Positions 8,912-19,674 are shown, counted from the first letter of the stretch. The stretch: 64,000 bases of DNA from Eubacteriales bacterium (GCA_045653945.1 JAZOML010000033.1:8798-72797), one strand, 5' to 3'. Notes: generated by a model not told the origin, from the letters alone. Made by a program: numbers and translations.

Positions 8912-9544
8912 ATGGGAAACATTTTCGATATTTTCAAAAGCATTGAAAAAGAAAAAAACGAGGTAAAAACGGGTGCCCCCGAAAAGGTTATAGCGTTTCT
9001 CGGTAATCCCGGTGCCGACTACGTTAAAACAAGACATAACGCAGGCTTTATGCTTGCCGATTACATTTCCGAAAAGGAAAATGTTAAAATAGACAGAGCA
9101 CGCTTCAAGGCATTAACGGGTGAGGCAATGCTTGGCGGTAAAAAGGTGCTTCTTATTAAGCCTCAAACGTATATGAATAATTCGGGCGAGGCTGTAAGAG
9201 AGGCTCTTGCATTTTATAAGCTTAATGCCGACAACGACCTTATCGTTGTTTATGACGATATTTATCTTGACGCAGGTAAGCTTAGAATAAGACAAAAGGG
9301 CTCGGACGGCGGTCATAACGGTATCAAGAGCATAATATATCATACAAATACCGACGGCTTTGAGCGTATTCGCATAGGTGTAGGTAAGCCGCCAAAGGGG
9401 TACTCAATGCCCGATTGGGTGCTTGGCAATATTCCCGAAAACGATAGAGCGGCGTTCTTTGAAAGCCTTGAAAGAGCGCACTCCGCTCTGCTTTTAATGA
9501 TATCGGGGAAAACCGAAGAGGCTATGAACAAATATAACGGTTAA
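8912..9544 (+). CDS. pth: Peptidyl-tRNA hydrolase with an N-terminal extension of about 25 aa
   Basis: FLGNPGADYVKTRHNAGF, YMNNSGEAV and DGGHNGIKS are canonical Pth motifs. A GAGGAA Shine-Dalgarno precedes the ATG. Confidence 0.9.
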   Translation: MGNIFDIFKSIEKEKNEVKTGAPEKVIAFLGNPGADYVKTRHNAGFMLADYISEKENVKIDRARFKALTGEAMLGGKKVLLIKPQTYMNNSGEAVREALAFYKLNADNDLIVVYDDIYLDAGKLRIRQKGSDGGHNGIKSIIYHTNTDGFERIRIGVGKPPKGYSMPDWVLGNIPENDRAAFFESLERAHSALLLMISGKTEEAMNKYNG

Positions 9545-9552
9545 GGTGGGAA

Positions 9553-12500
9553 ATGGAAAGACTTATTGCCCCGATAAGGACGGAAAAGGAATATAAGGAG
9601 TTACTTGCCGAGCTCGTCGCACAAAGCCGCTCGCAAAAAAAATACCCCGTTCTTTTAACGGGACTCTCCGACGGTGCAAAATGCGCCTTTTATGTAGCTC
9701 TTGCGCTTGATTATAAGAAAAAACGCGACGGAAAAACATTAATAATCGTGCCCGATGAATCATCGGGCTATTTGTGCGAAAAGGTGTTTACTGAGTGCGG
9801 ACTTAAAGCAGCAGTATATCCATACCGCGACTTTAATTTTACTAAGATTAGTGCTTCGCATACCTACGAGCACGAACGCCTTGCGACGCTTGATAAAGCG
9901 CTTTCGGGAACAGCCGACGTGTATATTTCAACCCCCGATGCGGCGCTTCAGTACACCGTACCGAGAAAACGCCTTGCAGAACGCTCTGTAATGCTGAAGG
10001 TTGGCGAGGAGCTACCTATGACGGAGCTTATCGAAAAACTGCTTCTTCTCGGATACAGCCGAGCCGATATGGTAGAGGGCGAGGGACAGTTTTCGGTGCG
10101 AGGCGGAATTTGTGATATATTCCCGCCTAAATATGAAAATCCCGTACGCGTGGAGTTTTTTGGTGATGAGATTGACCGTATGGCAACCTTTGACGTTATT
10201 TCACAGCGTTCCGATGCTATGCTTGATGAACTCACGCTATCGCCCGGTAGAGAGGTAGTTATAGGTGAGGAGGAACGCAAGGCTCTTGTTAAGACGGTAG
10301 AAAAACAGTTAGTAAAGGTAAAAAACGATAAGGTCAGAGAAGAGCTTTCGGAGGAACTTGAGGCTCTTAAAAATGGAACGGAGCTTCAAAATTCCGATAA
10401 ATATATATCGCTTATCTATCCCGAAAAGGAGTGTCTGCTCGACTATTTTGATGAGAACGCACTGCTTATCGTTTCCGAGCTTAATGCGGTAAACGATAGA
10501 ATTAAAAGCTATGATTTCCATAGCAACGAAAATGTTCAAACGCTTATCGAAAACGGACAAATTGCAGGTACGTATGCCTCATACGGCAAATGTATTGACG
10601 ATTTTAATTACGCCATTTCAACCCACGCAACCCTTTACTGTAATATGTTTTCGCAGTCGGTTGACAGGCTTTCGGGACTCTTTAATATCCGCTGTAAGCA
10701 AAACGTTTCATATAAGGAAAATTTAAATTTGCTTCTTGAGGACCTTGAGCATTATATTGCAAACGGCTATACGATAAATATTCTCACCGAAAATGAAACG
10801 GTTTCTAAAAAAATATCCGAGGTGCTGCTTGATAATAGCATTTCATCAACCGTTTCGGGTGAACCGAAACCTAAAATTCCTAACTTTTTAAGTGGCATAA
10901 ACCTTCCCGGCTTTGAGCTGCCGACAACAAAATACGTTTGCCTTTCTATGTACGCTTCAATGTTCTCGGCAGGAAAGGTTATAAACGCAAAGCGCAGACG
11001 TGTGGCTAAAAAGACGCAGGGAATGAAGATAAGCTCTCAGGCAGAGCTTGAGCTTGGAGATTACGTCGTACACGAAAATCACGGTATTGGTCGCTATTGC
11101 GGTATTTCAACCGTAACTATGGCGGGAGTTACAAACGACTATATAAAAATTGAATACGCAGGGGACGGTAGCCTTTATTTGCCTTGCACTCAGCTTGATA
11201 GAATTTATAAATACACGGGCGCAGGAGTCGAGGCAGGAACGGTTAAGCTTTCTAAGCTCGGCGGAGCAGAGTGGGGAAAAGCAAAGCTAAAGGCAAAGGC
11301 TTCCGCAAAGGAAATGGCAAAAGAGCTAATTGCCCTTTACGCAGAGAGGATGCGTAGACAGGGAATCGCCTTTGATGAGGACGATGCGCTCCAACAGGAG
11401 TTTGAAAGTGCCTTTGAATACGAGGAAACCGACGGTCAGCTCGAAGCGGCAAGAGAAATAAAGGACGATATGGAACGCCCCGTACCTATGGAGCGTTTGC
11501 TTTGCGGAGACGTTGGATACGGTAAAACTGAGGTTGCTCTCCGTGCGGCGTTCAAGGCAGCAAGAAGCGGATATCAGGTTGCGATTTTAGTGCCTACCAC
11601 CGTTCTTGCATTTCAACACTATCAAACTATTCTTGCACGTATGAGAGGCTTTCCCGTAACGGTAGATATGCTATCTCGCTTCCGTAAGCCCTCAGAGCAA
11701 AAGGAAACGCTAAAAAGACTTAAACGAGGCGAAATTGATATTATCGTGGGTACTCACCGCCTACTTTCAAAGGATATTGAATTCAAAAAGCTGGGGCTTG
11801 TTATTGTTGATGAGGAGCAACGCTTTGGAGTTGCTCAAAAGGAAAAATTGAAGCAGCTTGTCAAGGACGTTGACGTGCTTACACTTACCGCAACGCCAAT
11901 CCCAAGAACTCTTAATATGGCGCTATCGGGAATTCGTGATATGTCGGTGCTCGAAGAACCGCCCGTTGATAGAATACCTGTTCAAACATACGTGCTTGAA
12001 TATGACGAGGCAATAATTATGGAGGCCCTTCAAAAGGAGCTTCGCCGAGGCGGTCAGGCATTTTACCTGCACAATAGAATAGAGGCTCTTTCCGATATTG
12101 CCGATAAAATTGCTCTTCACTGCCCGGGAGCGGTGATTGCCGTTGCTCACGGACAAATGGATAAGGAGGAGCTTTCGGATATTTGGAGAGAGATGCTTGA
12201 AGGAAAAATTGACGTTCTTGTTTGCACCACCCTTATCGAGGCGGGTGTAGACGTGCCAAACGCAAATACTCTTATAATCGACGATGCCGACCGCTACGGA
12301 CTTGCGCAGCTTCACCAGATAAGGGGTAGAGTGGGACGTTCGGGAAGACGTGCTTATGCCTACCTTACTTATAAAAAGGGCGCAGTTCTTAAGGAAATTG
12401 CGGAAAAACGACTTTCGGCTATCCGAGATTTTACCGAATTTGGCTCGGGCTTCCGTGTTGCTATGCGTGATATGGAGATAAGAGGAGCGGGCAATATGCT

Positions 12501-13044
12501 CGGAAGCGAACAACACGGTCAAATTGAGAGTGTAGGTTACGACTTGTATATGAAGCTTCTAAACGAGGCGGTGCTTGAGGAAAAGGGTGAAGCACCGACA
12601 GTTAAACCCGAGTGTACGGTCAGCCTGAATATTGATGCATATATTCCCGAAAAATTTATCAGAAGCACCGCGCAGAGAATCGATGCCTATAAGAAGATAG
12701 CATCGGTTGAAAACGAAGAGGATATGCTCGACGTTTACGATGAGCTTGCGGACCGCTACGGACCTCTGCCCAAGCAGGCGGATATACTGCTTAAAATTTC
12801 ACTTATACGTGCGCTTGGAAGATTTTGCGAATTTGAAAAAATCGAAAGACATGCGCAGTCGGTCATTTTTTATACGAAAACCTACAATTTCGAGGCTTGG
12901 AAGCCTATTATAGCCGAATATAAGGGAAAGGTTATGCTTTCAGCAGGAAATATCCCCTATGTAACCCTTAAGATAGCCGATATAAATACCCTTCTTGACG
13001 AAATTTTGGCATTGTTAAAAAAATATATACAAAAAATGGGCTGA
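9553..13044 (+). CDS. mfd: Transcription-repair coupling factor
   Basis: 1163 aa with a UvrB-homology N-terminus, CarD-like RNAP-interaction domain (GDYVVHENHGIGRY), superfamily-2 helicase motifs (GDVGYGKTEVA, DEEQRFG) and a TRCF C-terminus. The pth-mfd order is conserved. Confidence 0.95.
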   Translation: MERLIAPIRTEKEYKELLAELVAQSRSQKKYPVLLTGLSDGAKCAFYVALALDYKKKRDGKTLIIVPDESSGYLCEKVFTECGLKAAVYPYRDFNFTKISASHTYEHERLATLDKALSGTADVYISTPDAALQYTVPRKRLAERSVMLKVGEELPMTELIEKLLLLGYSRADMVEGEGQFSVRGGICDIFPPKYENPVRVEFFGDEIDRMATFDVISQRSDAMLDELTLSPGREVVIGEEERKALVKTVEKQLVKVKNDKVREELSEELEALKNGTELQNSDKYISLIYPEKECLLDYFDENALLIVSELNAVNDRIKSYDFHSNENVQTLIENGQIAGTYASYGKCIDDFNYAISTHATLYCNMFSQSVDRLSGLFNIRCKQNVSYKENLNLLLEDLEHYIANGYTINILTENETVSKKISEVLLDNSISSTVSGEPKPKIPNFLSGINLPGFELPTTKYVCLSMYASMFSAGKVINAKRRRVAKKTQGMKISSQAELELGDYVVHENHGIGRYCGISTVTMAGVTNDYIKIEYAGDGSLYLPCTQLDRIYKYTGAGVEAGTVKLSKLGGAEWGKAKLKAKASAKEMAKELIALYAERMRRQGIAFDEDDALQQEFESAFEYEETDGQLEAAREIKDDMERPVPMERLLCGDVGYGKTEVALRAAFKAARSGYQVAILVPTTVLAFQHYQTILARMRGFPVTVDMLSRFRKPSEQKETLKRLKRGEIDIIVGTHRLLSKDIEFKKLGLVIVDEEQRFGVAQKEKLKQLVKDVDVLTLTATPIPRTLNMALSGIRDMSVLEEPPVDRIPVQTYVLEYDEAIIMEALQKELRRGGQAFYLHNRIEALSDIADKIALHCPGAVIAVAHGQMDKEELSDIWREMLEGKIDVLVCTTLIEAGVDVPNANTLIIDDADRYGLAQLHQIRGRVGRSGRRAYAYLTYKKGAVLKEIAEKRLSAIRDFTEFGSGFRVAMRDMEIRGAGNMLGSEQHGQIESVGYDLYMKLLNEAVLEEKGEAPTVKPECTVSLNIDAYIPEKFIRSTAQRIDAYKKIASVENEEDMLDVYDELADRYGPLPKQADILLKISLIRALGRFCEFEKIERHAQSVIFYTKTYNFEAWKPIIAEYKGKVMLSAGNIPYVTLKIADINTLLDEILALLKKYIQKMG

Positions 13045-13109
13045 AAACGGTAGACAAAAGTTAAAATTACTGTTATAATGTAATAAATATATACGAAAAG
13101 GATATAGCT

Positions 13110-14243
13110 TTGAAAAAATTTTTAAGAATTATTTGCCTTGTACTGCTTACGGCTATGCTTGTTCCGAGCATTGCCGCCTGCGGCGTTATAACAGGCGATA
13201 CGGTAATGGAATACGAGGGGTATGAGATAACCGAGGCAATGTTTTCATACTGGGTATCTCATCTCAAGGCACGTTTTGTAAACAGATACGGAGAAATTGA
13301 CGTAAACGGCAAGCGCGCAGTCGATTGGGATAAAAAATTGCCTGACGGCAGTACCTACGAAAGCTTTTTTGAGGAACAGTATGTTATTCCGTATGCAGAA
13401 AAAGTGCTTATCTCAATGAAGCTATTTGATGATTATTCGCTTTCAATCGGCGATGAAGTAGCGCAGGGGATTGCAGACCGTTTAGAGAGTATAACAGGTA
13501 TATACGGCGATGAAAAGGGATTTAATACCTACCTTGCCAATTACGGACTCAACGTAAAAACACTTGAAAGAATTTATTATGCTGAGGCAAAGGTGGATAT
13601 AGTAAACGATTATATATTTGGTAGCGGCGGTCCTGCCGAGCTTACGGCAACCGAAAAGCAAAATTATTATAACGCAAATTATTACTGCGTAAATTGGATT
13701 TATATATTCACCGAAAAGAAGCCCTCAACATCTGATAAGGGAACAAATTCCGACGGTAGCTATATTCTTACCGAAATGACTGAAGAGGAAAAGGCTAAGA
13801 AGAAAGAACTGGTTAGCGATATCGTCGCAAAGCTCGAGTCGGGCGATAAGACGTTTGCGGAGTTAAAAAAAGACTACTGTGAGGATAAAAACGACGACGG
13901 AACAAGTAAATACGATTATCTGCCAAACGGCTTTAATCTTTGCGCAAACGACTACTCAGTGTACGGATTAGACCTCATTTCGCTTATTCAAGGTATGGAA
14001 ATCGGCGAGGTAAAAACCTATGAGGATAACTACGGAGGAACACGTATTATAGTGCGAAATCCACTTGTACCGTTTGGCTCGCTTACCCCTCAGGAATACA
14101 GCTTTATGAATGGCTTTGAGGAATATGTAAGAGAAACTAAATGGGATAAAATGATAACCAACGCTGATATAAAGGTTGACAGCGAGGTTGCAAACAGATA
14201 TGACGTAAAAACGACTAACCCCTTTGCAAATACTGCAATATGA
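13110..14243 (+). CDS. Lipoprotein, PrsA/SurA-like foldase with a degenerate parvulin domain
   Basis: Signal peptide with lipobox (SIAAC). The C-terminal region FAELKKDY...GEVKTYEDNYGGTRIIV resembles a parvulin PPIase. TTG start with an AAAAGGA Shine-Dalgarno. A foldase after mfd is common in Clostridia. Confidence 0.6.
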   Translation: MKKFLRIICLVLLTAMLVPSIAACGVITGDTVMEYEGYEITEAMFSYWVSHLKARFVNRYGEIDVNGKRAVDWDKKLPDGSTYESFFEEQYVIPYAEKVLISMKLFDDYSLSIGDEVAQGIADRLESITGIYGDEKGFNTYLANYGLNVKTLERIYYAEAKVDIVNDYIFGSGGPAELTATEKQNYYNANYYCVNWIYIFTEKKPSTSDKGTNSDGSYILTEMTEEEKAKKKELVSDIVAKLESGDKTFAELKKDYCEDKNDDGTSKYDYLPNGFNLCANDYSVYGLDLISLIQGMEIGEVKTYEDNYGGTRIIVRNPLVPFGSLTPQEYSFMNGFEEYVRETKWDKMITNADIKVDSEVANRYDVKTTNPFANTAI

Positions 14244-14267
14244 TATAACGAAAGGACGGACCAAATA

Positions 14268-14720
14268 ATGCTTGATAAGTTAAAGAGTGTATTTCTTTAT
14301 GCAAAGGACTTTTGTGAGGACACTGCGGATAATATAAAAGAAACGGTTGTTACAGCAGTTGACTGCGCGAAGCTCCACTACCGTATTGTTTCTATGAGAA
14401 ACGAGCTTAATAGCCTATACGCTGTGCTCGGAAAATCTCTGATGAACGGTGATGATGAGGAGGCAACCGATAAAGAGGAAAAAATCAACGCCCTTATTGA
14501 AAGAATAAATGCAAAGGAAGAGCTTCTTTCGGGACTTCTTGACCAATATAGAATTGTTAGTGGAAAGGTGATTTGTCCCGACTGTGGAAAATTCTTAAGT
14601 GAGAAGTATCCGTTTTGCCCGTATTGTGGTAACCACGTAAACGAGCTTGTTGAGGATAGTGGCTATTCTGATGTTACCGAAGAAGAGCTTGAGGACGTGC
14701 GTGAAATAGATGAGCTTTGA
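14268..14720 (+). CDS. Zinc-ribbon domain protein with a coiled-coil N-terminal part
   Basis: CPDCG-x12-CPYCG four-cysteine ribbon near the C-terminus, followed by an acidic tail. Confidence 0.6.
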   Translation: MLDKLKSVFLYAKDFCEDTADNIKETVVTAVDCAKLHYRIVSMRNELNSLYAVLGKSLMNGDDEEATDKEEKINALIERINAKEELLSGLLDQYRIVSGKVICPDCGKFLSEKYPFCPYCGNHVNELVEDSGYSDVTEEELEDVREIDEL

Positions 14721-14808
14721 TTTTTTGTGTATGATGCACAAAAAAATCTACATTTATTTGTAATGCAAGGTATAATATTATAAAAAATATAGAAAAAGAT
14801 AAATACTA

Positions 14809-14837
14809 TTGATTTTTACAAAATAATATGATATAAT
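14809..14837 (+). promoter_or_regulatory. Sigma-A promoter for the rimP-nusA-infB operon
   Basis: TTGATT (14809-14814), 17 nt, TATAAT (14832-14837). Confidence 0.6.
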
Positions 14838-14926
14838 AGTATCACAATTAAATAGTATAGAAAGAGTAGGATAAAACATAACCTGCTCTTTTCTATTTGT
14901 TAAAGCAAAAAAGAAAGGAAGGTATT

Positions 14927-15400
14927 ATGGCGCAAAAAAAGAACACCGCTGAAAAGGTAAGAGAGCTTGTTGAACCCGCTATTAACGAGCTTGGTTACAC
15001 CGTATGGGACGTTGATTACTCAAAGATTGGGACCGAAAGACACCTTGAGATTACAATTGACAGCGAAAAGGGTATTGATATCAGTGATTGTGAAAAGGTA
15101 CACCGCATAATTGAGGTTATAATTGACGAGGCGGATCCGATTGAAGAAATGTACTACCTTGACGTTTCATCTCCGGGACTTGAAAGAGTTATAAGAACAA
15201 AGGAGCATTTTGAAAAATGCGTAGGAGAAACGGTAGAGCTTAAGCTCTTTGCCGCAGTAAACGGAAAGAAAAGTATTATTGCACACCTGACGGCTTATGA
15301 GCCTGAAAGTGATACCGTAACAGTTACCGAAAAGAACGGCAACGTAGTTACTCTTGAAAGAAAACAAATATCAAAGGCAAACGTATATTTTGAATTTTGA
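14927..15400 (+). CDS. rimP: Ribosome maturation factor RimP
   Basis: Conserved position before nusA. LEVSSPGLERV-type motif (YYLDVSSPGLERVIR). ATG 14927 has a GGAAGG Shine-Dalgarno. Confidence 0.9.
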   Translation: MAQKKNTAEKVRELVEPAINELGYTVWDVDYSKIGTERHLEITIDSEKGIDISDCEKVHRIIEVIIDEADPIEEMYYLDVSSPGLERVIRTKEHFEKCVGETVELKLFAAVNGKKSIIAHLTAYEPESDTVTVTEKNGNVVTLERKQISKANVYFEF

Positions 15401-15428
15401 ATTATAAAAAATAAGTGAGGATAAATTA

Positions 15429-16451
15429 ATGAACAAGGCATTATTTGAAGCTCTTGAAATGCTTGAGGCTGAAAAGGGAATTCCCAAGGAATATATGTAT
15501 GAAAAGCTTGAAGCGGCTCTTGTAAACGCATATCGCCGTGAAATGGGCGGAAACACCAACGTAAGAGTTCAAATCAACGAGGAAAAATTTGATTTCAGAG
15601 TTTATAAGCAGCTTGAGGTTGTTGAAGAGGTTACCGACCCCGCAACACAGATTTCTCTTGAGGACGCAAAGAAGCTTTCCAAGAGAAATACGCTTGGTAA
15701 GATAGTCGAGATACTTATTAAACCCGATGAATTTCGCCGCCTAAGCGCAATTACGGGTAAGCAGGTTATCGTTCAGGCTATCCGTGAGGCTGAGCGCGGA
15801 CTTATGCTCAAGGAGTATGAGGAGAAGAAGGAAGAAATCGTTACCGCTGTTGTTGACAAAATCGACGATGAAACCGGCAACATCAGAATTCTTATTGGAA
15901 ATCGCGGCGCAACACTTCTTAAGGCTGAGCAAATTCCCGGCGAAAGCTTTGAGGTTGGTCAACATATCAAGGTATACCTCATTGAGGTTAAGAGAGGCGA
16001 AAAGGGAGCATTTGCAACCTTCTCGCGTACCCATTCAGGACTTGTAAAGCGCTTGTTCGAGCTCAATATTCCCGAGGTTGCAGATGGCACCGTTATCATC
16101 AAGAGCATTGCAAGAGAGGCAGGCTCAAGAACCAAGGTTGCAGTTATGAGCCGTGAGCCTGACGTTGATCCTATCGGTACCTGTGTAGGGCCCCAGAATC
16201 AGCGTAAAGCTGTTATCACTGATGAGCTTTGCGGAGAGAAGATAGATATTATCCGCTTCAGTGAGGACCCTGCTGAGTTTGTTGCAGCTGCACTTGCACC
16301 TGCTGTCGTAGATGCAGTTGAAATTGACGGCGAGCACTCCTGCAAGGTTTACGTTGCTCCTGATCAGCTTTCACTTGCAATCGGTAAGGAAGGTCAAAAT
16401 GCAAGACTTGCCGCAAGACTTACCGGTATGAAAATTGACATCAAAGCTTAA
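15429..16451 (+). CDS. nusA: Transcription termination/antitermination factor NusA (short form without C-terminal AR repeats)
   Basis: N-terminal RNAP-binding domain, S1 domain and two KH domains (DPIGTCVGPQNQR, LAIGKEGQNARLAARLTG). Confidence 0.95.
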   Translation: MNKALFEALEMLEAEKGIPKEYMYEKLEAALVNAYRREMGGNTNVRVQINEEKFDFRVYKQLEVVEEVTDPATQISLEDAKKLSKRNTLGKIVEILIKPDEFRRLSAITGKQVIVQAIREAERGLMLKEYEEKKEEIVTAVVDKIDDETGNIRILIGNRGATLLKAEQIPGESFEVGQHIKVYLIEVKRGEKGAFATFSRTHSGLVKRLFELNIPEVADGTVIIKSIAREAGSRTKVAVMSREPDVDPIGTCVGPQNQRKAVITDELCGEKIDIIRFSEDPAEFVAAALAPAVVDAVEIDGEHSCKVYVAPDQLSLAIGKEGQNARLAARLTGMKIDIKA

Positions 16452-16467
16452 GTAAGGGGAAAACACC

Positions 16468-16746
16468 TTGGAAGCAAAGAAGAAGAAAATACCTCAGCGC
16501 CGTTGCGTAGGATGTGGCGAAACGAGGGATAAAAAGGAGCTTGTCCGAGTAGTAAGAAGTCCTGAGGGGGAGATTTCACTTGACCTTACGGGTAAAAAGT
16601 CGGGAAGAGGGGCATATCTTTGCAACAATCTTTCTTGCCTGAAAAAAGCGAGAAAGAGCAAGAGAATAGAGCAAAACCTAGAAACGTCTATTCCTGAGGA
16701 GCTTTACGATGCTCTTGAAAATCAACTCGGTCAAGGCGCTAAATAA
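16468..16746 (+). CDS. ylxR: YlxR/RnpM family (DUF448) RNA-binding protein
   Basis: PQRRCVGCGETRDKKELVRVV and GRGAYLC motifs. Conserved position between nusA and infB. Confidence 0.85.
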   Translation: MEAKKKKIPQRRCVGCGETRDKKELVRVVRSPEGEISLDLTGKKSGRGAYLCNNLSCLKKARKSKRIEQNLETSIPEELYDALENQLGQGAK

Positions 16747-17057
16747 TGAACGAAAGTAAGATAATATCGCTTCTCGGAATTGCCAAAAAGGCAGGGAAAA
16801 CGGTAAGCGGTACGGATATGACGGTTGAGAGCATACGCAAGAAAAAAGGGCTTGTTTGTCTTATTTTACTTGCATTTGATGCCTCGCAAAACACCGTAAA
16901 ACGAATAACCAATACGTCGCAGTATTACAGTATTCCGCTTGTTAGGATGAGTATAGGAAAATCGGAGCTGGCAAGAATTATTGGCAGCGTAAGTGAGGTT
17001 TCGGTAATAGGAATAACCGATAGCGGATTTGCTGCGGCAATGCAAAATGAAGAATAA
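16746..17057 (+). CDS. ylxQ: L7Ae/L30e family RNA-binding protein YlxQ
   Basis: About 100 aa with LLGIAKKAGK near the N-terminus. Conserved position before infB. Confidence 0.8.
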   Translation: MNESKIISLLGIAKKAGKTVSGTDMTVESIRKKKGLVCLILLAFDASQNTVKRITNTSQYYSIPLVRMSIGKSELARIIGSVSEVSVIGITDSGFAAAMQNEE

Positions 17058-17133
17058 TTTTTAGAAATAAACGGCTTGTGGGTTAAGTGAAGCGAACCTA
17101 AAGCCTGTAATAGTGAAAGGAAAGGTATACTGA

Positions 17134-19674
17134 ATGGCAGTATTTAATCAAGCACTGAAAATCAGCTCGCTTGCCAAGGAGCTTGGTATGAAATCAAGTA
17201 AAGAGCTTCTTGATAAGTTAAAGGAGCTGGGCTTTGATGAATTCAAGGCATCTTCAAACAGTATAACTCCCAAAGCTTTCAATATTCTGTTTGAAAGCAT
17301 AAGAGATAGTTATACCTGCGAGGAAATCGAAATTGCGGATTATATTAGCGGTGCGGCATTTATTCCCGGATTTGAAATAAAGAAGGAAGAGCCAAAGCCT
17401 GAGCCGGTAAAGGAAGCAAAGAAGCCGGTAGAAAAGGTTGAGGAAAAGAAGCCTGAACCCAAGGCTGAAGAAAAGAAACCCGCACCAAAGACAGAGGAAA
17501 AGAAGCCTGTGGTAAAGGTTGAGGAGAAGAAGCCTGCTCAACCAAAGCCTGAGAGAGTATTTACTCCTCCTACCCAGACAAAGCCTCAAAAGTCTGCGGT
17601 AAAGGATAAAAAGCCTCAGCCTCAACCCCAACCCACTCAAAGACCGAAGTCCTCGGGCGGAGTTGAATTTACCTCTCAGTTTGAAAGCGGACAAAAGAAC
17701 GCAAAGGCGAGAGTTGTTGATACAAGAGGAACAAATGTTGACCTTTCAAAGTACGATGAAAAGTACGAGCATATTTCCGCAAAGTCCGGTAAGGATTACG
17801 GAGATAGTCGTGGCGGCAGAGTCGTTGACGGAAGAAAGAAGGGCGGCAAGTTCGATAAGGAAAAGGATAAGGAAAGAATTGAACTTGAAAAGCTCCGCAA
17901 GCAGCAGATGGAAAAGGCAAGAAAGCTTCCCGTTTCCGTATCTATACCCGACGAAATCACTGTTGGTGAGCTTGCGTCAAGACTTAAAATAACCTCGGGC
18001 GACCTTATAAAGAAGCTCTTTATGCTCGGAGTTATGGCAAACGTAAACCAAGTTATAGATTATGACACTGCATACCTTATAGCCGATGAAATGGGTGCGA
18101 AGGTAACTAAGGAGGTTGTTGTAACCATAGAGGAGAAGCTCTTTAACGAGGAGGAGGATACCCCGGAAAGCCTCGTAACCAGAGCTCCCGTTGTTTGTGT
18201 TATGGGACACGTTGACCACGGTAAAACCTCGCTTCTTGACGCTATCCGTCATACTAAGGTTACCGCAGGCGAGGCAGGCGGTATTACCCAGCATATCGGC
18301 GCGTACAGAGTTAAGGCAAACGGACAGGATATAACCTTCCTTGATACCCCCGGCCACGAAGCATTTACAGCAATGAGAGCAAGAGGTGCTATGGCAACCG
18401 ATATCGCTATCCTTGTTGTTGCGGCTGATGACGGTATAATGCCTCAGACTGTTGAAGCTATCAACCACGCAAAGGCTGCAGGCGTTGATATAATTGTTGC
18501 TATTAACAAGATGGATAAGCCCACCGCTAACCCTGATCTTATCAAACAGGAGCTCACCACCTATGAGCTTGTTCCCGAAGAGTGGGGCGGCGACGTTATT
18601 TGCGTACCTGTATCCGCACTTACAGGTAAGGGTATTGATGATATTCTTGAAAATATTCTTCTTATCGCTGAGATTAAGGAATATAAGGCTAACCCGAATA
18701 AGCGTGCAAAGGGTATTGTTATCGAGGCTAAGCTTGATAAGGGCAGAGGTCCCGTTATGACCGTTCTTGTACAAAGCGGTACTCTTAAGGTCGGCGACGT
18801 TGTTATCGCAGGTACGGCAGTTGGTCGTGTAAGAGCAATGAAGGACGATAACGGCAAGCAGGTTAAGCTTGCAGGCCCATCTGTTCCTGTTGAAATAGAT
18901 GGTATGAGCGAGGTTCCTGCGGCAGGCGACGAATTCAATGCTGTTGAAAACGAGCGTATGGCTAAGGAGCTTGCTGAACAGCGTAAGGCAAAGATTAAGG
19001 ACGAGATGTTCAAGGCAAACGCAAAGGTTAACCTCGAGGCTCTCTTTGATAACCTTAACGAGGGAGCAAAGGAGCTTAATATTATCATCAAGGCTGATGT
19101 TCAGGGCTCTGCCGAGGCACTTAAAGCATCACTTCTTAAGCTCTCCAACGAAGAGGTTAAGGTTAACGTAATCCACTCGGCAGTCGGCGGAATAGTAGAG
19201 AGCGACGTTATGCTCGCATCGGCATCTAACGCAATAGTTATCGGCTTTAACGTAAGACCTGACAAGGTTGCGCTCGATTCTGCTGAAAAGCAAAGCGTTG
19301 ATGTAAGAACTTATAGAGTTATTTATGATTGCATTGAGGAAATTCAGGCGGCGATGAAGGGTATGCTTGCCCCGACCTATAAAGAGGTTGTTATCGGACA
19401 CGCTGAGGTTCGTCAGGCAATCAGAGTACCTGGTGTTGGTATTATTGCAGGTTGTTATATTACCGACGGTAAGGCAACAAGAAACTGCCAGATGAGAATA
19501 CTTCGCGACTCCATTGTGCTTTGCCAGGATAAGCTCGCATCACTTCGCCGTTTCAAGGACGACGTTAAAGAGGTTGCGGCAGGCTACGAATGTGGCGTAG
19601 GAATTGAGCGCTTCAACGATATCAGAGAGGGAGATACACTCGAATTCTTTGAAATGGTTGAGGTTGAAAGATAA
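17134..19674 (+). CDS. infB: Translation initiation factor IF-2
   Basis: GTPase motifs [17 protein letters not shown] and NKMD, plus the IF-2 C-terminal domains. Confidence 0.95.
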   Translation: MAVFNQALKISSLAKELGMKSSKELLDKLKELGFDEFKASSNSITPKAFNILFESIRDSYTCEEIEIADYISGAAFIPGFEIKKEEPKPEPVKEAKKPVEKVEEKKPEPKAEEKKPAPKTEEKKPVVKVEEKKPAQPKPERVFTPPTQTKPQKSAVKDKKPQPQPQPTQRPKSSGGVEFTSQFESGQKNAKARVVDTRGTNVDLSKYDEKYEHISAKSGKDYGDSRGGRVVDGRKKGGKFDKEKDKERIELEKLRKQQMEKARKLPVSVSIPDEITVGELASRLKITSGDLIKKLFMLGVMANVNQVIDYDTAYLIADEMGAKVTKEVVVTIEEKLFNEEEDTPESLVTRAPVVCVMGHVDHGKTSLLDAIRHTKVTAGEAGGITQHIGAYRVKANGQDITFLDTPGHEAFTAMRARGAMATDIAILVVAADDGIMPQTVEAINHAKAAGVDIIVAINKMDKPTANPDLIKQELTTYELVPEEWGGDVICVPVSALTGKGIDDILENILLIAEIKEYKANPNKRAKGIVIEAKLDKGRGPVMTVLVQSGTLKVGDVVIAGTAVGRVRAMKDDNGKQVKLAGPSVPVEIDGMSEVPAAGDEFNAVENERMAKELAEQRKAKIKDEMFKANAKVNLEALFDNLNEGAKELNIIIKADVQGSAEALKASLLKLSNEEVKVNVIHSAVGGIVESDVMLASASNAIVIGFNVRPDKVALDSAEKQSVDVRTYRVIYDCIEEIQAAMKGMLAPTYKEVVIGHAEVRQAIRVPGVGIIAGCYITDGKATRNCQMRILRDSIVLCQDKLASLRRFKDDVKEVAAGYECGVGIERFNDIREGDTLEFFEMVEVER
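17386..17650 (+). repeat. In-frame imperfect tandem repeats (E-E-K-K-P-x-P-K units, then a PQ-rich tract) in the IF-2 N-terminal linker
   Basis: GAGGAAAAGAAGCCTG recurs at about 17440, 17494 and 17521, with a diverged copy at about 17468. The protein reads [41 protein letters not shown], then [13 protein letters not shown]. Confidence 0.8.

Noticed and set aside
11923-12522. 199-aa ORF antisense to the mfd helicase domain
   Set aside because: It is a shadow ORF. The mfd frame carries all the helicase motifs across this interval.
17977-18774. 265-aa ORF antisense to the infB GTPase domain
   Set aside because: It is a shadow frame of a highly conserved region of IF-2. It has no RBS and no domain signature.
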